This document shows, piece after piece, positions 28,326 to 42,804 of a stretch of DNA of 64,000 bases (positions within the stretch are counted from its first letter, which is position 1; every line of letters starts with the position of its first letter). The DNA is taken from assembly GCA_951406725.2 (NCBI GenBank), contig OX597818.1, positions 12,586,001 to 12,650,000 on the forward strand, written 5' to 3'. This DNA comes from Octopus vulgaris. Lineage: Eukaryota. The translations under genes were made by a program, and so were the position numbers. Below the pieces are notes generated by a model. The model was not told the origin of the DNA and made no database searches. It saw only the letters and a list, made by a program, of their open reading frames with translations.

Positions 28326-28594
28326 ACAACGTTTATAATATTCGTAAAATAAAGGATACTGATATTGTTAATTTGCTACCTAATAACAAATTTATATGCT
28401 TATATTTTTTGTATTACATGGGTGTAGTATTTAAAGGATAAACGTTGTCGAAACAGTCAAACTAACAGTTTACCTTACGTTGCAATTAGTAATATATATA
28501 TATATATATGAAATAAATAATGGAAACTATTCGTAGCGAATAACCATAATTCTCTTCTCATTATTAACAAATTATTATCACTTTTATTATGTGT

Positions 28595-28658
<64 letters not shown>

Positions 28659-29513
28659 TCACAGCTATACTCATGCATGCACAAATAGACTATTTAGAAA
28701 TTTCCGTCTCTCTATATAACAACACTTTCCCACAAAACAACTCTGTTTCTCAGTTTGTCTGTGATGCGTGGATCACTTCCTAGAGTATCTGATCTTATTA
28801 ATTCTGATCACATATTGAGTCTATCAGACCTTCACACACGAAAATTACTTAGAAAACACCCAAATCCTAAGATATACCTTCAATTAATCCATTATAACAT
28901 ATTCAGATTTTTTTGTGTGTTTGTCTCCTTACACTTTTCAGAACTTCTGCGATATTTGAATATTTGACCGTGTGTCCTATATGTGCAAACAATAACTTTT
29001 CTGATAATGAAAAGATGCTTTATTTCCAGATCAGTAAAATATAAAAAGAGGAAAAAAAAAATTCCAACTTTAAATATTTCTTTCTTTATGGTGACGTAAG
29101 TTTACGTCAAGTTTTAATAAAGTTAAACATCAAACTATAAAATTATTTTACCCAGAATACATTCAGCAAAGGCAAGCCTATTCCTATGATACGAACGTTG
29201 TCGTCTGTTGTGTGGTAGGGGGCGTTTTAGGAAGCATATCCTTTATTGACTCCACTCACCCATATAATGGATTAAATATAAGCTTTTCATTTTGCTAGAT
29301 TACTCCAAGGCAATGCGTTAGAAACCTTTTGACGTCTGTCATTATTTCTATATTAGAGGCTGGTGGAGGTCAAACTTTTCTTTCAACAATCCGGTAACGA
29401 TACATTAAATTACCAGTTTATTGCTGATATCAATGTAATAGATTGACGTTTCTGGCTCACTTTATGGTAAAAACCGTAATAAGTATTAATTCTACTTGAG
29501 TACTTCTAAAATA

Positions 29514-29730
29514 CTGGTTTCAAATTTTGGCACAAGACCAGCAATTTCATGGGGAGGTGTTAAGTCGACTACATCGACTCTAGTGCTGAACTGGTACTTA
29601 TTTTGTCAACCCTGAAATCATGAAAGACAAGGTCAATCTCAGCAGAATTTAAACTCCGATCGTAAACACGGACGAAATTTCGTTAATCATTTTGTACAGC
29701 GTGCAAGCGATTTTGCCAGTTTGTCACCTT
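29514..29730 (-). mobile_element. SINE family B with TSD
   Basis: GAGTACTTCTAAAATA is repeated at 29498-29513 and 29731-29746. Confidence 0.88.
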
Positions 29731-29773
29731 GAGTACTTCTAAAATATTAGTTATCAATTTTAATTCTCAACAT

Positions 29774-30143
29774 CAGCACGCCAGGCGAAATTCTTAGCGG
29801 TACTTCGTCTGTCGCTACGTTCTGAGTTCACATTACGCCGAGATCGACTTTGCCTTTCATCCTTTCGGGGTCGATTAAATAAGTATCAGTTACGCACTGG
29901 GTCGATGTAATCGACTTAATCCCTTTGTCTGCCCTTGTTTCTCCCCTCTATGTTTAGCCCCTTGTGGGTAGTAAAGAAATAAGTATTTCCTGTCTTTACG
30001 TTCTGAGTTTGAATTCCGCCGAGGTCGATTTTGCCTTTCATTCTTTCGGCTCGATAAATTAAGTACCATTTGCATACTGGGGTCGATCTAATCGACTGGT
30101 CTCCTCCCCCAAAATTTCGGGCGTTGTGCCTAGACTAGAAGAG
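29774..30143 (+). mobile_element. SINE family B dimer with TSD
   Basis: Two bodies with B-box-like GAGTTCACATTAC and GAGTTTGAATTCC. AATTTTAATTYTCAACAT at 29756-29773 and 30144-30161. Confidence 0.9.
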
Positions 30144-31538
30144 AATTTTAATTTTCAACATAAATGTGTCATTAACTTTGATTCACAACACACCTTATTC
30201 TGATGTACTTAACTTTATATCGCCTTTTCCCTAATATTTTATTGTAGGGGTACGGCAAAGTCATTGGATGACGACAACAGCAGACCGCATTTTCATTACA
30301 CATAAATAGTACATATTTAATTGTTGAACCTTTATTGTGAAGTTAAATTTTCCCATTTAGCAAATACTTTAGCATGAAAGAATTATTAGAATAAAATGCA
30401 GACTTAACGCTCTATAAATCAATTATTTGCATGGACATTCGAGAAATTATTGAAATTTAAGAAAAACAGTTTAGCAATCTGTCTTTCATTACACGCAAAA
30501 CCTAAACAAACTCGTAGATACAGAAAAGGAAGATGGAAGTGAAAAATATGAAGCAAGTTGTTCGTTATCAGTCCGCCTTCTTACTACTTTTTCAAATGTA
30601 ATTGTTCACGTGACACTTTTCAATGTATACAACTTCTAGTAAAAAACTAGTTACAAATCTCTCCTATATACCGTACATCTGTATAACTAATTTCCACTTT
30701 CTACGTATCAATTTTTAGTTATCAAAGTTAGATTAAAGCGAGAAAAGTAGAACCATATATTATAAATGACTTGCAGTAAGACACTTTATGTTTGAGTTCA
30801 AATGCCGACAGAGAGGACTTCGCCTAATATATATATATATATATATACATATCAGTATTCCACTGGAAATGATGGATTCTACGAAACCGATCCCTTATAG
30901 ATGTGTACTCATGAGACAATTTACTAAACCAACATTCATAGAAGACGGTGTAATATAAATTGTGGTTTTTAGCTCTTCGCCGTATTTGTTTTCAATCTTC
31001 TCCGAACTGGGTTCATAATAATGAAATAATTATCATCTGAAATCAATAAAGTAAATAATGTCTATTTATAGCAGTCAGTTCAAAGAAATTACATTATTCG
31101 ATCGAAAAATGGTGTCCTTGCCAAGTGAGAGGAATTAACAAGCATTGTGTGTCTGTTACTGACAGGCTAAGAGCTATTTAGAAAAAAGTGAATGGTGATG
31201 GCCTAGTAAATGAGGAGTTCAATTCGATATCCCGTAGTTCAATTTTTAACTTCGGAATAATGAGTAAAATGCACCGATCATTACCCACCGCTAGGCAATA
31301 TATTGTGGCAGGTATGTGACTGCTCCCAAATGTGCAGAAATCCGAGGGATATATATATATATATATATATATAAATTGCCGAAAATAAAATAAAAATAAA
31401 ATCTTGGATGTAAATACTCAAGTCTCATATTCTCAAACGAACTGAATTTGTATAATATCTTTAACATACGCAATATATATATGAGTGTGTATATATATAT
31501 ATTGGGGTACCAAATAGTACCGGAAACGTTCTCTGTGG

Positions 31539-31624
<86 letters not shown>

Positions 31625-31625
31625 A

Positions 31626-31666
<41 letters not shown>

Positions 31667-31729
31667 CATACATATATATATAATTAAGACAAATAACGGA
31701 GCCCAACAGAGTAACAAAGACGTAAATCA

Positions 31730-31970
31730 GAATAGCGGGCAACTCGTTCTATCGTTCAAGTAAAGATAGACACAACTGGCGCCATTCAGGAACAAAAATA
31801 AAAGGCATGCAACTTCGTTATTCAGTATGATATGGACATTCAAAAAAAGAAGGAGTAAGCAATCCTTAGATAACATGGAGCATTATTGCTAATTCAGAAA
31901 ATACATGGGACGGGGCAACATATATGAGCTCTGTATCACTGAAAAACTAAATATCATTCAGATAACATTT
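31730..31970 (+). mobile_element. Penelope-like GIY-YIG endonuclease C-terminal remnant
   Basis: PFRNKNKRHATSLFSMIWTFK..ITWSII..YELCITEKLNII matches the PLE pattern SFR..T.LS.YIW.LK..I.W.I..C.LCL.EK. Confidence 0.65.
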
Positions 31971-32822
31971 AAAATATTTGGGTTAAAATCTTCTCTCCCT
32001 GCAAATACAGGCAATATTTTACACACCGACAATTCCACTGTGCCAACCTCACCAGGATAGATTTTTTCTCTGAACGTGAACATACACAAAAATAAAACGA
32101 TCTCCATACATAGAAGATACATACCCAACTGATGAACTACTTCAGCACACATACACACGAACATCACATGTACCCAGTCTATAACATAATATAATGTAAA
32201 CATGTTAATTGTCCAACAAGGTTTTTTCCCAAAAGTCAAACCCAAAGGAGATAATAATTCAACGGCCCTAGATTTCTTCTTTTCTTTACGGGACATTTTT
32301 TTTGTGAATTCCCGATACTCTTCGTGTTTTCATTCAAAATAAAGACTAATACCATATGATCAGCTTGAAAAAATACTAAGATATTAAGATATTTTTTCTT
32401 AATACACAAATATATTAATATATGTATGTGGGTGTGCATAGATATATAGCTATGAATAGCTTGTTGGGACACCGTATTTCGTTTTGTAACGATAATATAG
32501 TACCCAGAACATTAAAGGTTTATAACTCAATATCATGTCCTACATTTTGTGTTAGCAGTGCGATGCAAGTTATTTCTACGGATTTTCTATAGAATTTAGA
32601 GCCAGCACTTAATGTAACAACGTTTCGTATATCATGGTTGTAAAACGCAATTAATGTGTTACGTACCTGTTGCCAGGTATGTGCTTAATATGTACAAATA
32701 GTATTATGCCATTAACCTTCATGGCAATTCAAGCAATGTCTTCTTGGATGATTAATAGGTTGGAGGTGGTGCTGAAGCAGCAATAACTCTTGAAATATGC
32801 ACATATACCTATTACCTCGTAT

Positions 32823-33030
<208 letters not shown>

Positions 33031-33664
33031 TGTTTGTCTATCTACATAAAGTCGTTAATGTTATTTTTAATTGATTTAGAAATTAATGAGAGATAAATGA
33101 TGTAATTTACAAAAACTGATGAGACGTAACTATATCTCATGATAATTATTAAGCCAGTTACCAAGAGAGAGCACGTAAAATATTTACTGATGAATATGCA
33201 ATATATCTTCCAGTTTGGAAAGACATTTAATGGAATGACAGAATGAACAAAGTAATATGTATTCCCTCAAGTTTTCGAGGATTCTTAAATCGATTTGTAA
33301 GACCGAAATGAATATTGGTTCAATTGGTGTACAGCGCTGAAAGCATAATCGGTTTAACAACTAACTCAGGTTATCTAACACTGAATACGTATCTACACGA
33401 TCAGTATCTACAAGAATATTCTGTGATATTGAAGCAAATAGTAAATGCAAATATTGCAAATTTGAAGCAAATGGCAAATATGATTATAGTAAACATGTGA
33501 AATATATATTACTGACTTCATTTATTTTCAGAGATTCATTAAAACATTAAAACATCCGAGTTTTAGATATAATAACTGTTAAATATTTTGAACACGAATT
33601 TTACTATAATTGAATATTTTTTTGTCTGAGGGAAAGCAGCATGCATACATGTGTATATTTTATT

Positions 33665-33855
33665 TACGAGGGGGTGATGAAAAGTTCCAGGCTTTAAGGG
33701 TATTGCAAAATGCCTGTTTCGAGGCACAACCTTCCAAGTTCTTTTACAAGGCTGAGAAAAACTGGAGGACCGTTGCAATAAGTGTATCGAATAAAATGGT
33801 AATTAAGTGATCCTCCTTTTACCCAAAGACAGGAACTTTTCAGCGCTCCTTCGTA
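33665..33855 (+). mobile_element. Mariner-derived MITE
   Basis: TIRs TACGAGGGGGTGATGAAAAGTTCC and GGAACTTTTCAGCGCTCCTTCGTA, with TA at both ends. Internal KLEDRCNKCI transposase tail. Confidence 0.9.
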
Positions 33856-35049
33856 AAAGATAATATATATATATATATCAATTCAATTTGAAATTTTCTA
33901 ATGGAATATGAATATCATTAGGCTAATAATGTTTATGACTAACTTGTATATGGAACAAAGTTGGCATTTAAAAATATATGATCTAAACTAGTGAATTTGT
34001 TAAATTCAATAACAAGGAATCATATTTTTTGTTTAATTTATAATACACTTCAAATGCAATTAACTTTAATCACTAATAAACTAATTTATGAAGTTATGAT
34101 AGTATAGTAACAATCTATTTATTTGTAACAATCCGACTTAGCCTAAGATAAAGATTAAAACATACGTCTCTCATAAAATTACATCAACTTTCGAGGGAGG
34201 TCATATTGCAGACACACGTATTTATTTGCACATATAAACACGTAAATAGTAACAAAGTAATTGCTGTGTTTACATTATGATAAGCTTTACTAAGTTTTTC
34301 TTGAGTTCACTAAAACAATGATAAAGCATAATGTAAAGTAAATTGCAAAATAAAAACACAACAAAATGGGATAACAATGAACAAGACTTCATGAAAGTGT
34401 ATTTATTGATTTCTTCCAAATTATGTCCCGAAATATATAATAATTGTATAAACAGACGCTTATTGTTATTCAGTAATTCTCCGAACGCAGATTGAGTAAT
34501 ATTGGTGTGCATACATACATCACTATGTATTTAGCTACATAAATATAGGGAAATCGATAAAATTATAAACATTTCCTCAACGCCAACTATTTCAACTCTC
34601 CTATCTGCAGAAAATCAAAGTACAAACATTTATTTTGCAAACAGTGTTTTATGGTGGGTCGCGTTATGATGGCGTTGCATGAATGTCAGAATCGGTGAAG
34701 TGCGCAACAATCACGTGGAGGGTTGTGAATTAGTGTTTCATCAATAAGGCTGTAACTCATCATGAAGAATGAATTCATATTACATTGTGTCTGTGTGCCT
34801 CGAAAAGGGTATCGATAATTAAATTCAAGAAGATTGTTGGGGAAGTCAGGGAAGGCAATAATGACTATCCAAGTATGACAGAAATATTTGGTGTTTACTA
34901 ATCAAATGGCATATTTAACTTGCAGCATTTAATCACAACCTTTTACACGCCATGATTCCATCCGTAACTGATTATTCCTGCTGTCACAGTTGCTACCTCC
35001 TCCTTCTCCACCACCACCACCACCACCACCACTCCTCCTCCTCCTTCTC

Positions 35050-35520
35050 CTCAACCTCCTTCCAAATCTTCCCGTTCTTCTTGTATTTTTCTATTTCCCC
35101 TGAGTTCTTCACCCCTGTATTCCAGTTGATATTAAGTGTTACAGGATTTTTCTCAGGGTTCAGCGTTTCATGGTCAGTTCCCTTTATTCAACCGAGGCTT
35201 TGCATCTCTGGGGCATTGATTAATGTGTTTGTCGTTTCATAATTTACCTTATACCCACGCCCCAAAAGGACTAGTTTCCTGCCATATATTTGTCAGTGTC
35301 TGTTTGATTGCATAGAAAGAAGAATTTAAGGTCGGGTCAATTTGTTATATACCAATTATATACTTAAATAATCCTCAGTTATTTCCATTAACCTGCTCTC
35401 AGTAAAATGCCTATGGTTTTTATACGTACTTCGTAAATTGCATCTAATAGACAGTAGTTCTTGGTATGTCCGTAGGCAAATGAGCTGAACGGGAGATTGA
35501 ACCAAATTATTTTTTTTCTT
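35050..35520 (-). mobile_element. Possible highly decayed RTE-type LINE C-terminus
   Basis: Weak resemblance (IWQ..., NTGV...EIEK....KIWKE) followed by a (GGA/GGT)n tail. Confidence 0.3.
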
Positions 35521-36339
35521 AATGCCTTTTCGAAGAGGTAGGTGAATCCTTTGTGCACATTTCTAACTAAAATCGTGGACTGATAGCATCATGATGTAAT
35601 GGAGTGCAACTCCATTTAATATAGTTCTATTTGAGGATAAACTGGTGATTCATCGACTAACCGGCTATTAAATTTCAAATAGCTGGTGCGTATGCTAGAA
35701 TAGCTATTATTTGCAATTCCAACATATACAAGGTCATAAACATACATATATACATAAAAATAGAATATTTATAAAATCACATGCCATGAAGTAAACGGTA
35801 ATAACCTAATGACGGATTTTACAAATTTTCTAACGATAATCAGCCTTCTTTATCAATCACGCTAATAACTCTCGCTTTAGCACAGCCATCTCTTTCCAAA
35901 TCTTTGAACAGTATGAAATCCAGTCGCAAGTAACTTTAAAACTCCACGACATGTACTGGGTGTTAAGTTTCTCGGTTTGAAAACTTCTAGAACCACTCAA
36001 CATGCTGTTAAGTCATATACATAGAGAAATGAGAAATAGTTGTAGATAGAAGAATATCCAGAGGGTATCAAACAAGCTTTTCGTAACTTCTGCTAAAAAA
36101 TACTGTCATTTCAAAATGACTCCCGAACGGTCAATGACAGGCTTGGCTTCGTTTAAAACTTGCATATTATTGTTTATATATGTTACAGGATATTATTTGC
36201 CCGATAGCCAAAGATGGTAACTGTGTAATAAATACAAATATCTTCATTCATTTATGGGAAAGATGTTGGTATCATATTATTATCCAGTACGATGCTTCTC
36301 AAAAATAGGCGGGATAGATAAATAATCTTACATGCATCT

Positions 36340-36570
36340 GTGTATGTATGTATGTATGTATGTATGTATGTATGTATGTATGTATGTATTTATCTGTCTG
36401 ACCGTCTGTCTGTCTGTCTGTCTGCCTGCGTGTCTGTCTTCTATGTATGTATGTATGTATGTATTATGTATGTATGTATGTATGTATGTATGTATGCATG
36501 TATGTATGTATGTATGTATCTATCTATCTATCTATTTATATATCTATCTGTCTGTCTTTCTATCTATATA
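36340..36570. repeat. Compound (TATG)n/(TCTG)n/(TCTA)n microsatellite
   Basis: Read directly from the sequence. Confidence 0.95.
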
Positions 36571-37018
36571 AAATACGCATAAAGAACACATCATTAATTG
36601 TTGAATTCGCATTACAATACTGATGATCGTTTCTGTTGTATCAACACATTTAGATACAGAAAATATCATTCAAATTAACATATCGGAACATACATGATAA
36701 TACAATAATTACAACACGAGTCAAACTTAGATAAATTAAAAATTCTGAATGATATGTGGATCTGCTTGTCATACCTGAAGAATTACATTGGATGTTTATT
36801 CTGCTTTTAATTATTTGTATATTATTGTTTCATATAGTTAACCAACACCATGTAAAATTGAGTGCTTTAGTAATACCAGCCTGGACTTTTTAAATACCTT
36901 TTCTATCATATATATATATATAAAATCATATTCATAAATCTCTCTCTATCTATCTATATATTCTAAACCCTCTGTCTTATGATATATATGATATATAGTA
37001 CGCACAAACACCCTCCCC

Positions 37019-37069
<51 letters not shown>

Positions 37070-37191
37070 GTGTATACATACATACATACATAATTACACA
37101 TACACACATATATATATAGAGAGAGTGCCAAATATATATACAGCTCTGAGCTGAAACTGAAAAAGCAAAAAGCAAAAACAAATACATGGAC

Positions 37192-37225
<34 letters not shown>

Positions 37226-37226
37226 G

Positions 37227-37299
<73 letters not shown>

Positions 37300-37504
37300 A
37301 CATATATATATATATGTATACCTAAATACATACACACATATATATATATATGTGTATGTGTGCGTGTGTGTATTTTCCCTTTTTTACAATCAACAAGGAA
37401 AAATAGATAAATAGTTACCAGGGTAGCAAAAATCACACAAGTAAAATGGGCGTAACACCTTGTTTTTAAAGCCAGAAACTCCGGGTTTACATGAAATATT
37501 TTGT

Positions 37505-39200
37505 ATAATATATATAAATAAATAAAGGGAGTTAAACGCAGGTGTTACTCAAATTCTTTTACTTCCGACACATGTTTCGAAGATATCATTGGTATTATTC
37601 CAAAGGAATAAAATGGTGTTAATCAATGTAATCTTCTCTTCAAGGAAATGAAGAAATAAAACTCGTCAATAAGACATTTCAACAGAATATGATGGATATG
37701 TAAAGTGATGAACTGAACGCCGTTAGTTTTTTTTTTTTTTAAAAAGATGTTAGAGGATATAACGTCAAAGGTAGCCTATAGAAAGAAGAGGGGTAAAGGA
37801 AAGTAAAATCAGAAACCAAATAAATGAGAAGTATAGAACGATATGCAAATTAAATAAAGTCCCAAAGTCTTGGAAAAAGATATATCTAGTGAAAGTGAAT
37901 GTAAGAAGAAATTCAATGTTTAAATTATATATAATGATATATATTACTTATATGGTCTAAAGGAATGTTTCTGTCAATGTTTACATCCATAAGCACGCTC
38001 TATAACCGTGTTTACAAGGGGATCTTTAGAAAAAAGAATAAAAAGTAGTTCAGAATTACAGAGTTGGCAGAATTCCTTGCCTTTATCATAAGGGAACGAA
38101 ATTGAAAGAATCAACCAATCTAAATTAAATTGTTAATAAGTCTGAGTGGTACATACTTGGAGAGCGAAACGTTGGGATACAGAGAAAGGAAGATAATTCA
38201 GTATGGGTGTAGGAGAGGTAGAGAACGAATAAGCGTTATATAGGAGAAAAAATTGAAGGAGAAGTGGTGAGTTCAAGTCATGGCCGGATTAATTAATACA
38301 AAAGCGATTGGGAATAGTGTCATTCACATATATCTCAGTTTTATTAATCCTTAATTTCAAAGACCCAAGGGTTTACAATATGATCTAAATAATCAGATGG
38401 CAATTGCTGCCATTTGTTCATAATAGAGGTAAGTCAGTTATAATTACAGTGAAGTTAAGTTTCTTCATTGTCCATTGAACTGAATCTGTGACGTATTTCC
38501 TTAGTAGATTACTAAAAGTGTAGCAATTTACGAGAGAAAAGTTTTTATCTAAACCTTATTGTTTAATTTTTTAGTAATGATTTTTTAAATATTATAGATC
38601 GCTTTCATTTTACGACAATACAAAATTTTGAGGAATTGCAGAAATTGTATTTCAAGCATCTGCAGCTAAATTCTCTCATCTCAGACAGTATTATATTTCA
38701 CAGAACAATTCTGAAAGCTGAAGCGTTGAAAGATAAAATCTATTATTTTTAATAGCAGATTTATGTCAGCTATGAGGTAGGAAAGCTTTTGTTTGCTGAC
38801 TTAACGAGTTTGAGTTTTTGTGCTAGTAGGTAATGCCACATTTTGCAGCTGTTTCTTTTCAATATACGAGAATAGAATAAAATTGGTTGCTCAGCTTGCT
38901 TTAGAAAAGAATTTACTTACATACGCGCATCTATTTCAAAAGAAAGCAACTGATAATGTTGCTGTATCAATGCCTTACTCTTTCATAACTGTATCATCCA
39001 ATTCTGCAGATAATGGAATCAAATATAGCGGCTACAATTTGAACAAAATATCGTTTTCAATAATATATGAACCCAATGAAACACTAATTTTTCTTTGAAG
39101 TTCCAGACACAGGAAATACCAGTACTGGCTGCGGACTGTAAAGGTGCATTTTACCTTCAATATATGACCTACAACAAACTCGAGTTCAGCTTGCAGCATA
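37505..39200 (-). mobile_element. Decayed Penelope-like element with its 3' pLTR
   Basis: Minus-strand ILSISFPYDKGKEFCQLCNSELLFIL (GIY-YIG C-terminus) at about 38030-38115, weak thumb remnants upstream, and a hammerhead motif at the 3' end. Confidence 0.6.
37562..37648 (-). ncRNA. Type I hammerhead ribozyme motif (C3U variant, long stem II)
   Basis: UUUCC-UUGAAGA-GAAGAU..AUCUUC-GAA-ACA UG UGU-C-GGAAG. Stems I, II and III all pair, with a GUC cleavage triplet. Confidence 0.75.
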
Positions 39201-40238
39201 TCTCGCGAGGAGGTTTGAGAAAAACGTTCACATTTTTATGCTTCCGTTTGACTTCTTCACATAACACCAAATAATCAAAATAGATATCGCTTTAAAGATT
39301 TTTCTCACTACACTACTAAATTCGAGTAATGTATTTAAATTTTATGATGATTATGCAAGAATATTTATATACGTGGTCGAAAATCTTCCCATTATATCAC
39401 TAGCTTTAATTAAGTCTGATAAAATATAGATATTTTGGTTACCATTAAATTGCACGAGCAAGGCTTAAAATCCGATCAATAAGCTTAAATTCGGGCGAAT
39501 TTTAGTATATATCTTTCTCAAGTGGGTCATTTTGGTGATCTGTGAATAACCTAAGAATGTATAGGAATATATGTATTAAAATATAAAATGTAATACGCTA
39601 AATGAAGTATTGAGAAAAATAACTCATTTTAAATTAAAGAGAAATTCAACATTTACTAGGCCACTTTTTTATGTAAATTTACATCTAGTGATTATGTGGT
39701 TGAGATTTGCTTGAAGTTTCTCTATAACAAAGCATATATATATATATAAATGAGACGACCATATTTTTACACAAAAGTTTCACAATTGAAGTTTTCAGGT
39801 TTTCGAAACACAAATTTGAATTTCCACTCAACCTGCTGAAAATAGCAACGAAACTTTCACAAACTTCAGCACTCAAATCAAGGCGATGTTGAGCTGTATA
39901 AACATGAGGGTTTCCTTTTTGTCATGTACCGAAAGGCCTTGAGATGATTTAGTAAGTAAAGCTCAGAGTCGTCTTTTTAAATGTACGTTAGAAGTTTCTG
40001 TCTTTTTTTTTAACGCAAAATGAATAGCAAATTAGTATCTATACTGGAACGAAATATTTTCACAGTATTTCCTCAAATATGACCGATCTATGATAAAATA
40101 ACACCAAAGCTTTATTGTTTAAGGAGGACCTGCATTCGGAATCGCAAAGTATTAGATCTTGCAGTCATTATCACCACAAATTACAGACTCGAAAAATACA
40201 TTGGAAAATGTAGTCCGAAACAATGAGATAGGATTGTA

Positions 40239-40271
<33 letters not shown>

Positions 40272-40320
40272 CATAATCTCTCTCTCTCTCTGTATATATA
40301 TATATATATATATACATACA

Positions 40321-40386
<66 letters not shown>

Positions 40387-40644
40387 TGTGTGTGTGCATG
40401 CATATACATATATGTAGATGGGATTTTTTAAACGGTGGATATCGAAGTGTATTAAAGAACTGACCCCACCAAGTATTATTCATTCACCAGGCATATATTT
40501 TCGGTCGCAGGAATTTTAGCGGCAATTAAATCTTTTACTTTTGAATGCTTTGTAATATCAGCTTCAAATCCCCTTTTTAGTAATGTCTGGTCACTGCATC
40601 CCTTGTAATAAATGACTGCTACATTTACTAAAATTACTAGAAAG

Positions 40645-41824
40645 ACGAGGTGTGTTCATTCCCTTGACCCACTTCCGGCTATTACAGGAAATGGAATTTG
40701 TACAGATATAATCATATATGTCTCTATATGTCACATTGTAAATTGTAGCTTTCCATTAGTATTTGTTTTTCATTTAAGACTGCTAAAGTGCAATAAGGTG
40801 TTATAATGGAGCAGTTGAATGCCGCTCAATGATCAGGTCCTTATACTTAAATGTAGTACACCAAAAGAGACTTTCGCCAGTTCAAATGTGGTTGGAATAT
40901 CGGCAGAAACTGCGGCTATTCCTGCACGACCACATCCCGTCATTGATGACGACGCCATCCATAATGTGGAAGCTGTCATATTGGAGGGTCACCACATAAC
41001 TATTCGGCAACTAGTCGAAGAAGTGAAGATAAGTGCAGGGTCCGTGGAAAAGTCATTCACGACCATTTGCACAAGCTGAGTTTGTCTGAGCAATGGACTA
41101 CCCGGATGTCACCCCTTTTCATGTTCTCAGGCTCTTTTGGCAATGTACCAAGAAAACAAGGAGGACCTTTTCGGTAGACGTAACACACAAGACGAAACAT
41201 TCGTTCATCACTATGATCCTGAGACTAAAGTCCAGTCGAAGTAATGGAAGCATGATAACTCACCACCTCCAAAGAAGGCAGGTGTCTAACCCTCAGCAGA
41301 CAAGGTGATGCTCACAGTCGTTTAAGACCAGCGCGGTGTAGTGATAATGGATTTTCTGGCAAAGAGCACCACAATTATTATGCTTCTCTGCTGCAGAACT
41401 TGCGGGACGCCAACAAAGCAGAGTGTTGTGGCATGCTGACCAAATGAGTCCGCCTCCTCCAAAACTACACCCCAGTTCACAATATGCATGTTGCCTAGAA
41501 GATAGCGCACTTATGTGGCTCTGAAATCCTTCCTCATTCCCCTTACTCTCCTAACCTCGCATCATCGGACTTTAACCTCTTTCCAACCATGAAGGAGAAT
41601 CACTTTTCGGATGATGATGGGCTTATTTTCGATGTAAAGTCTTGGCTCCACATGAAACATGTCAACTTTTACGGACGAGGTCTTCACAGCTGCATAAAGC
41701 GACGGAAGAACTGTGTCACCATTGGTGGTGTCTATATAGAGAAGGACTAATAATTATGCCAACTTTCGTTTATCGCAATCTTTGGGAAGTGGGTCAGAGG
41801 AAATCTTTAATGAACCCCCTCGTA
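40645..41824 (+). mobile_element. Near full-length mariner transposon pseudogene
   Basis: Motifs ITIRQLVEEVKIS.GSV, TQDETFVHHYDPETK, KVMLTV, LPHSPYSPNLASSDF.LFP and CV..GG.YIEKD*. TIRs ACGAGGTGTGTTCATT..TGACCCACTTCC and GGAAGTGGGTCA..AATGAACCCCCTCGTA. Confidence 0.92.
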
Positions 41825-42680
41825 AATCCAATTTACTGTCCTTATCTGTCTTATAAGATGGTAATAAATTCATTATGAGGCAATTGTAACTTTATACTTT
41901 AACATGGGGTGATAAGGTGTTCACTATTGATACAATGTTGATTATGGTATTTTCTAAGGTATGAGAAAATGTAATCCCGTTATTCAAGAAGTAAATATTC
42001 AATAATATCTGCATGTTTCAATTAAGGAGCAGTGAGCAAAAGAATTAGACTACTCAACTTTTCTGATGAAGTTCGAGATGTTTCATTGCAGGTCAGTATG
42101 CATGGCCATGAGACTGCTGTGATAGCACATAATTCTACTGTTAACAATTAATATAGTAAGAAATGACTAAACTATCATGTACGGTAAGTCAGTATATGCA
42201 TCTTCATAGAAATAATTCCTAGCAGGTATTCGCAAAATGCACACTCGAACTTACAGCGGTAGCAGAAATAGAGATAGGTACATGTGCACGTGTATAACAA
42301 TGTGATAACGCTTAAGCACAAATACAGGAAGTTCTGCAAAGTGTGGTACTAACGCGTAGATCCCCGTTTGCTTACTCGCACAAAGAACGTACACAAACAC
42401 CATTGAAGAAATATCAGGAAGATAAAGAGAGGCTTTTTGAAAAGTGTATTGTAACTGATAAATCATGTTTACTTGCACTGAAGTTTGTGAATTTGTGTTA
42501 TCTTTTTTTCGCTTCTATGCGGCTTCTTGAAAGGAAACAGCTGTCTCTCTGTCTGAAAAGTTTCATGAACACAGGCATACACACACACACACACACACAA
42601 ACGTACACATATGAAATATATACACATACACATGTGTACATAATATATATATATATATATATATATCATATATATATATA

Positions 42681-42791
<111 letters not shown>

Positions 42792-42804
42792 CATGTGTGT
42801 GCGT

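Noticed and set aside
27909-30143. Recurrent 30-40 nt blocks superficially like a CRISPR array
   Set aside because: The intervening sequences are also homologous (SINE bodies), the context is eukaryotic, and there are no cas genes.
31500-31535. GGTAC-loop-GTACC-GGAAACGTT, resembling the 3' half of a hammerhead
   Set aside because: No CUGANGA core upstream; TA repeats lie there instead.
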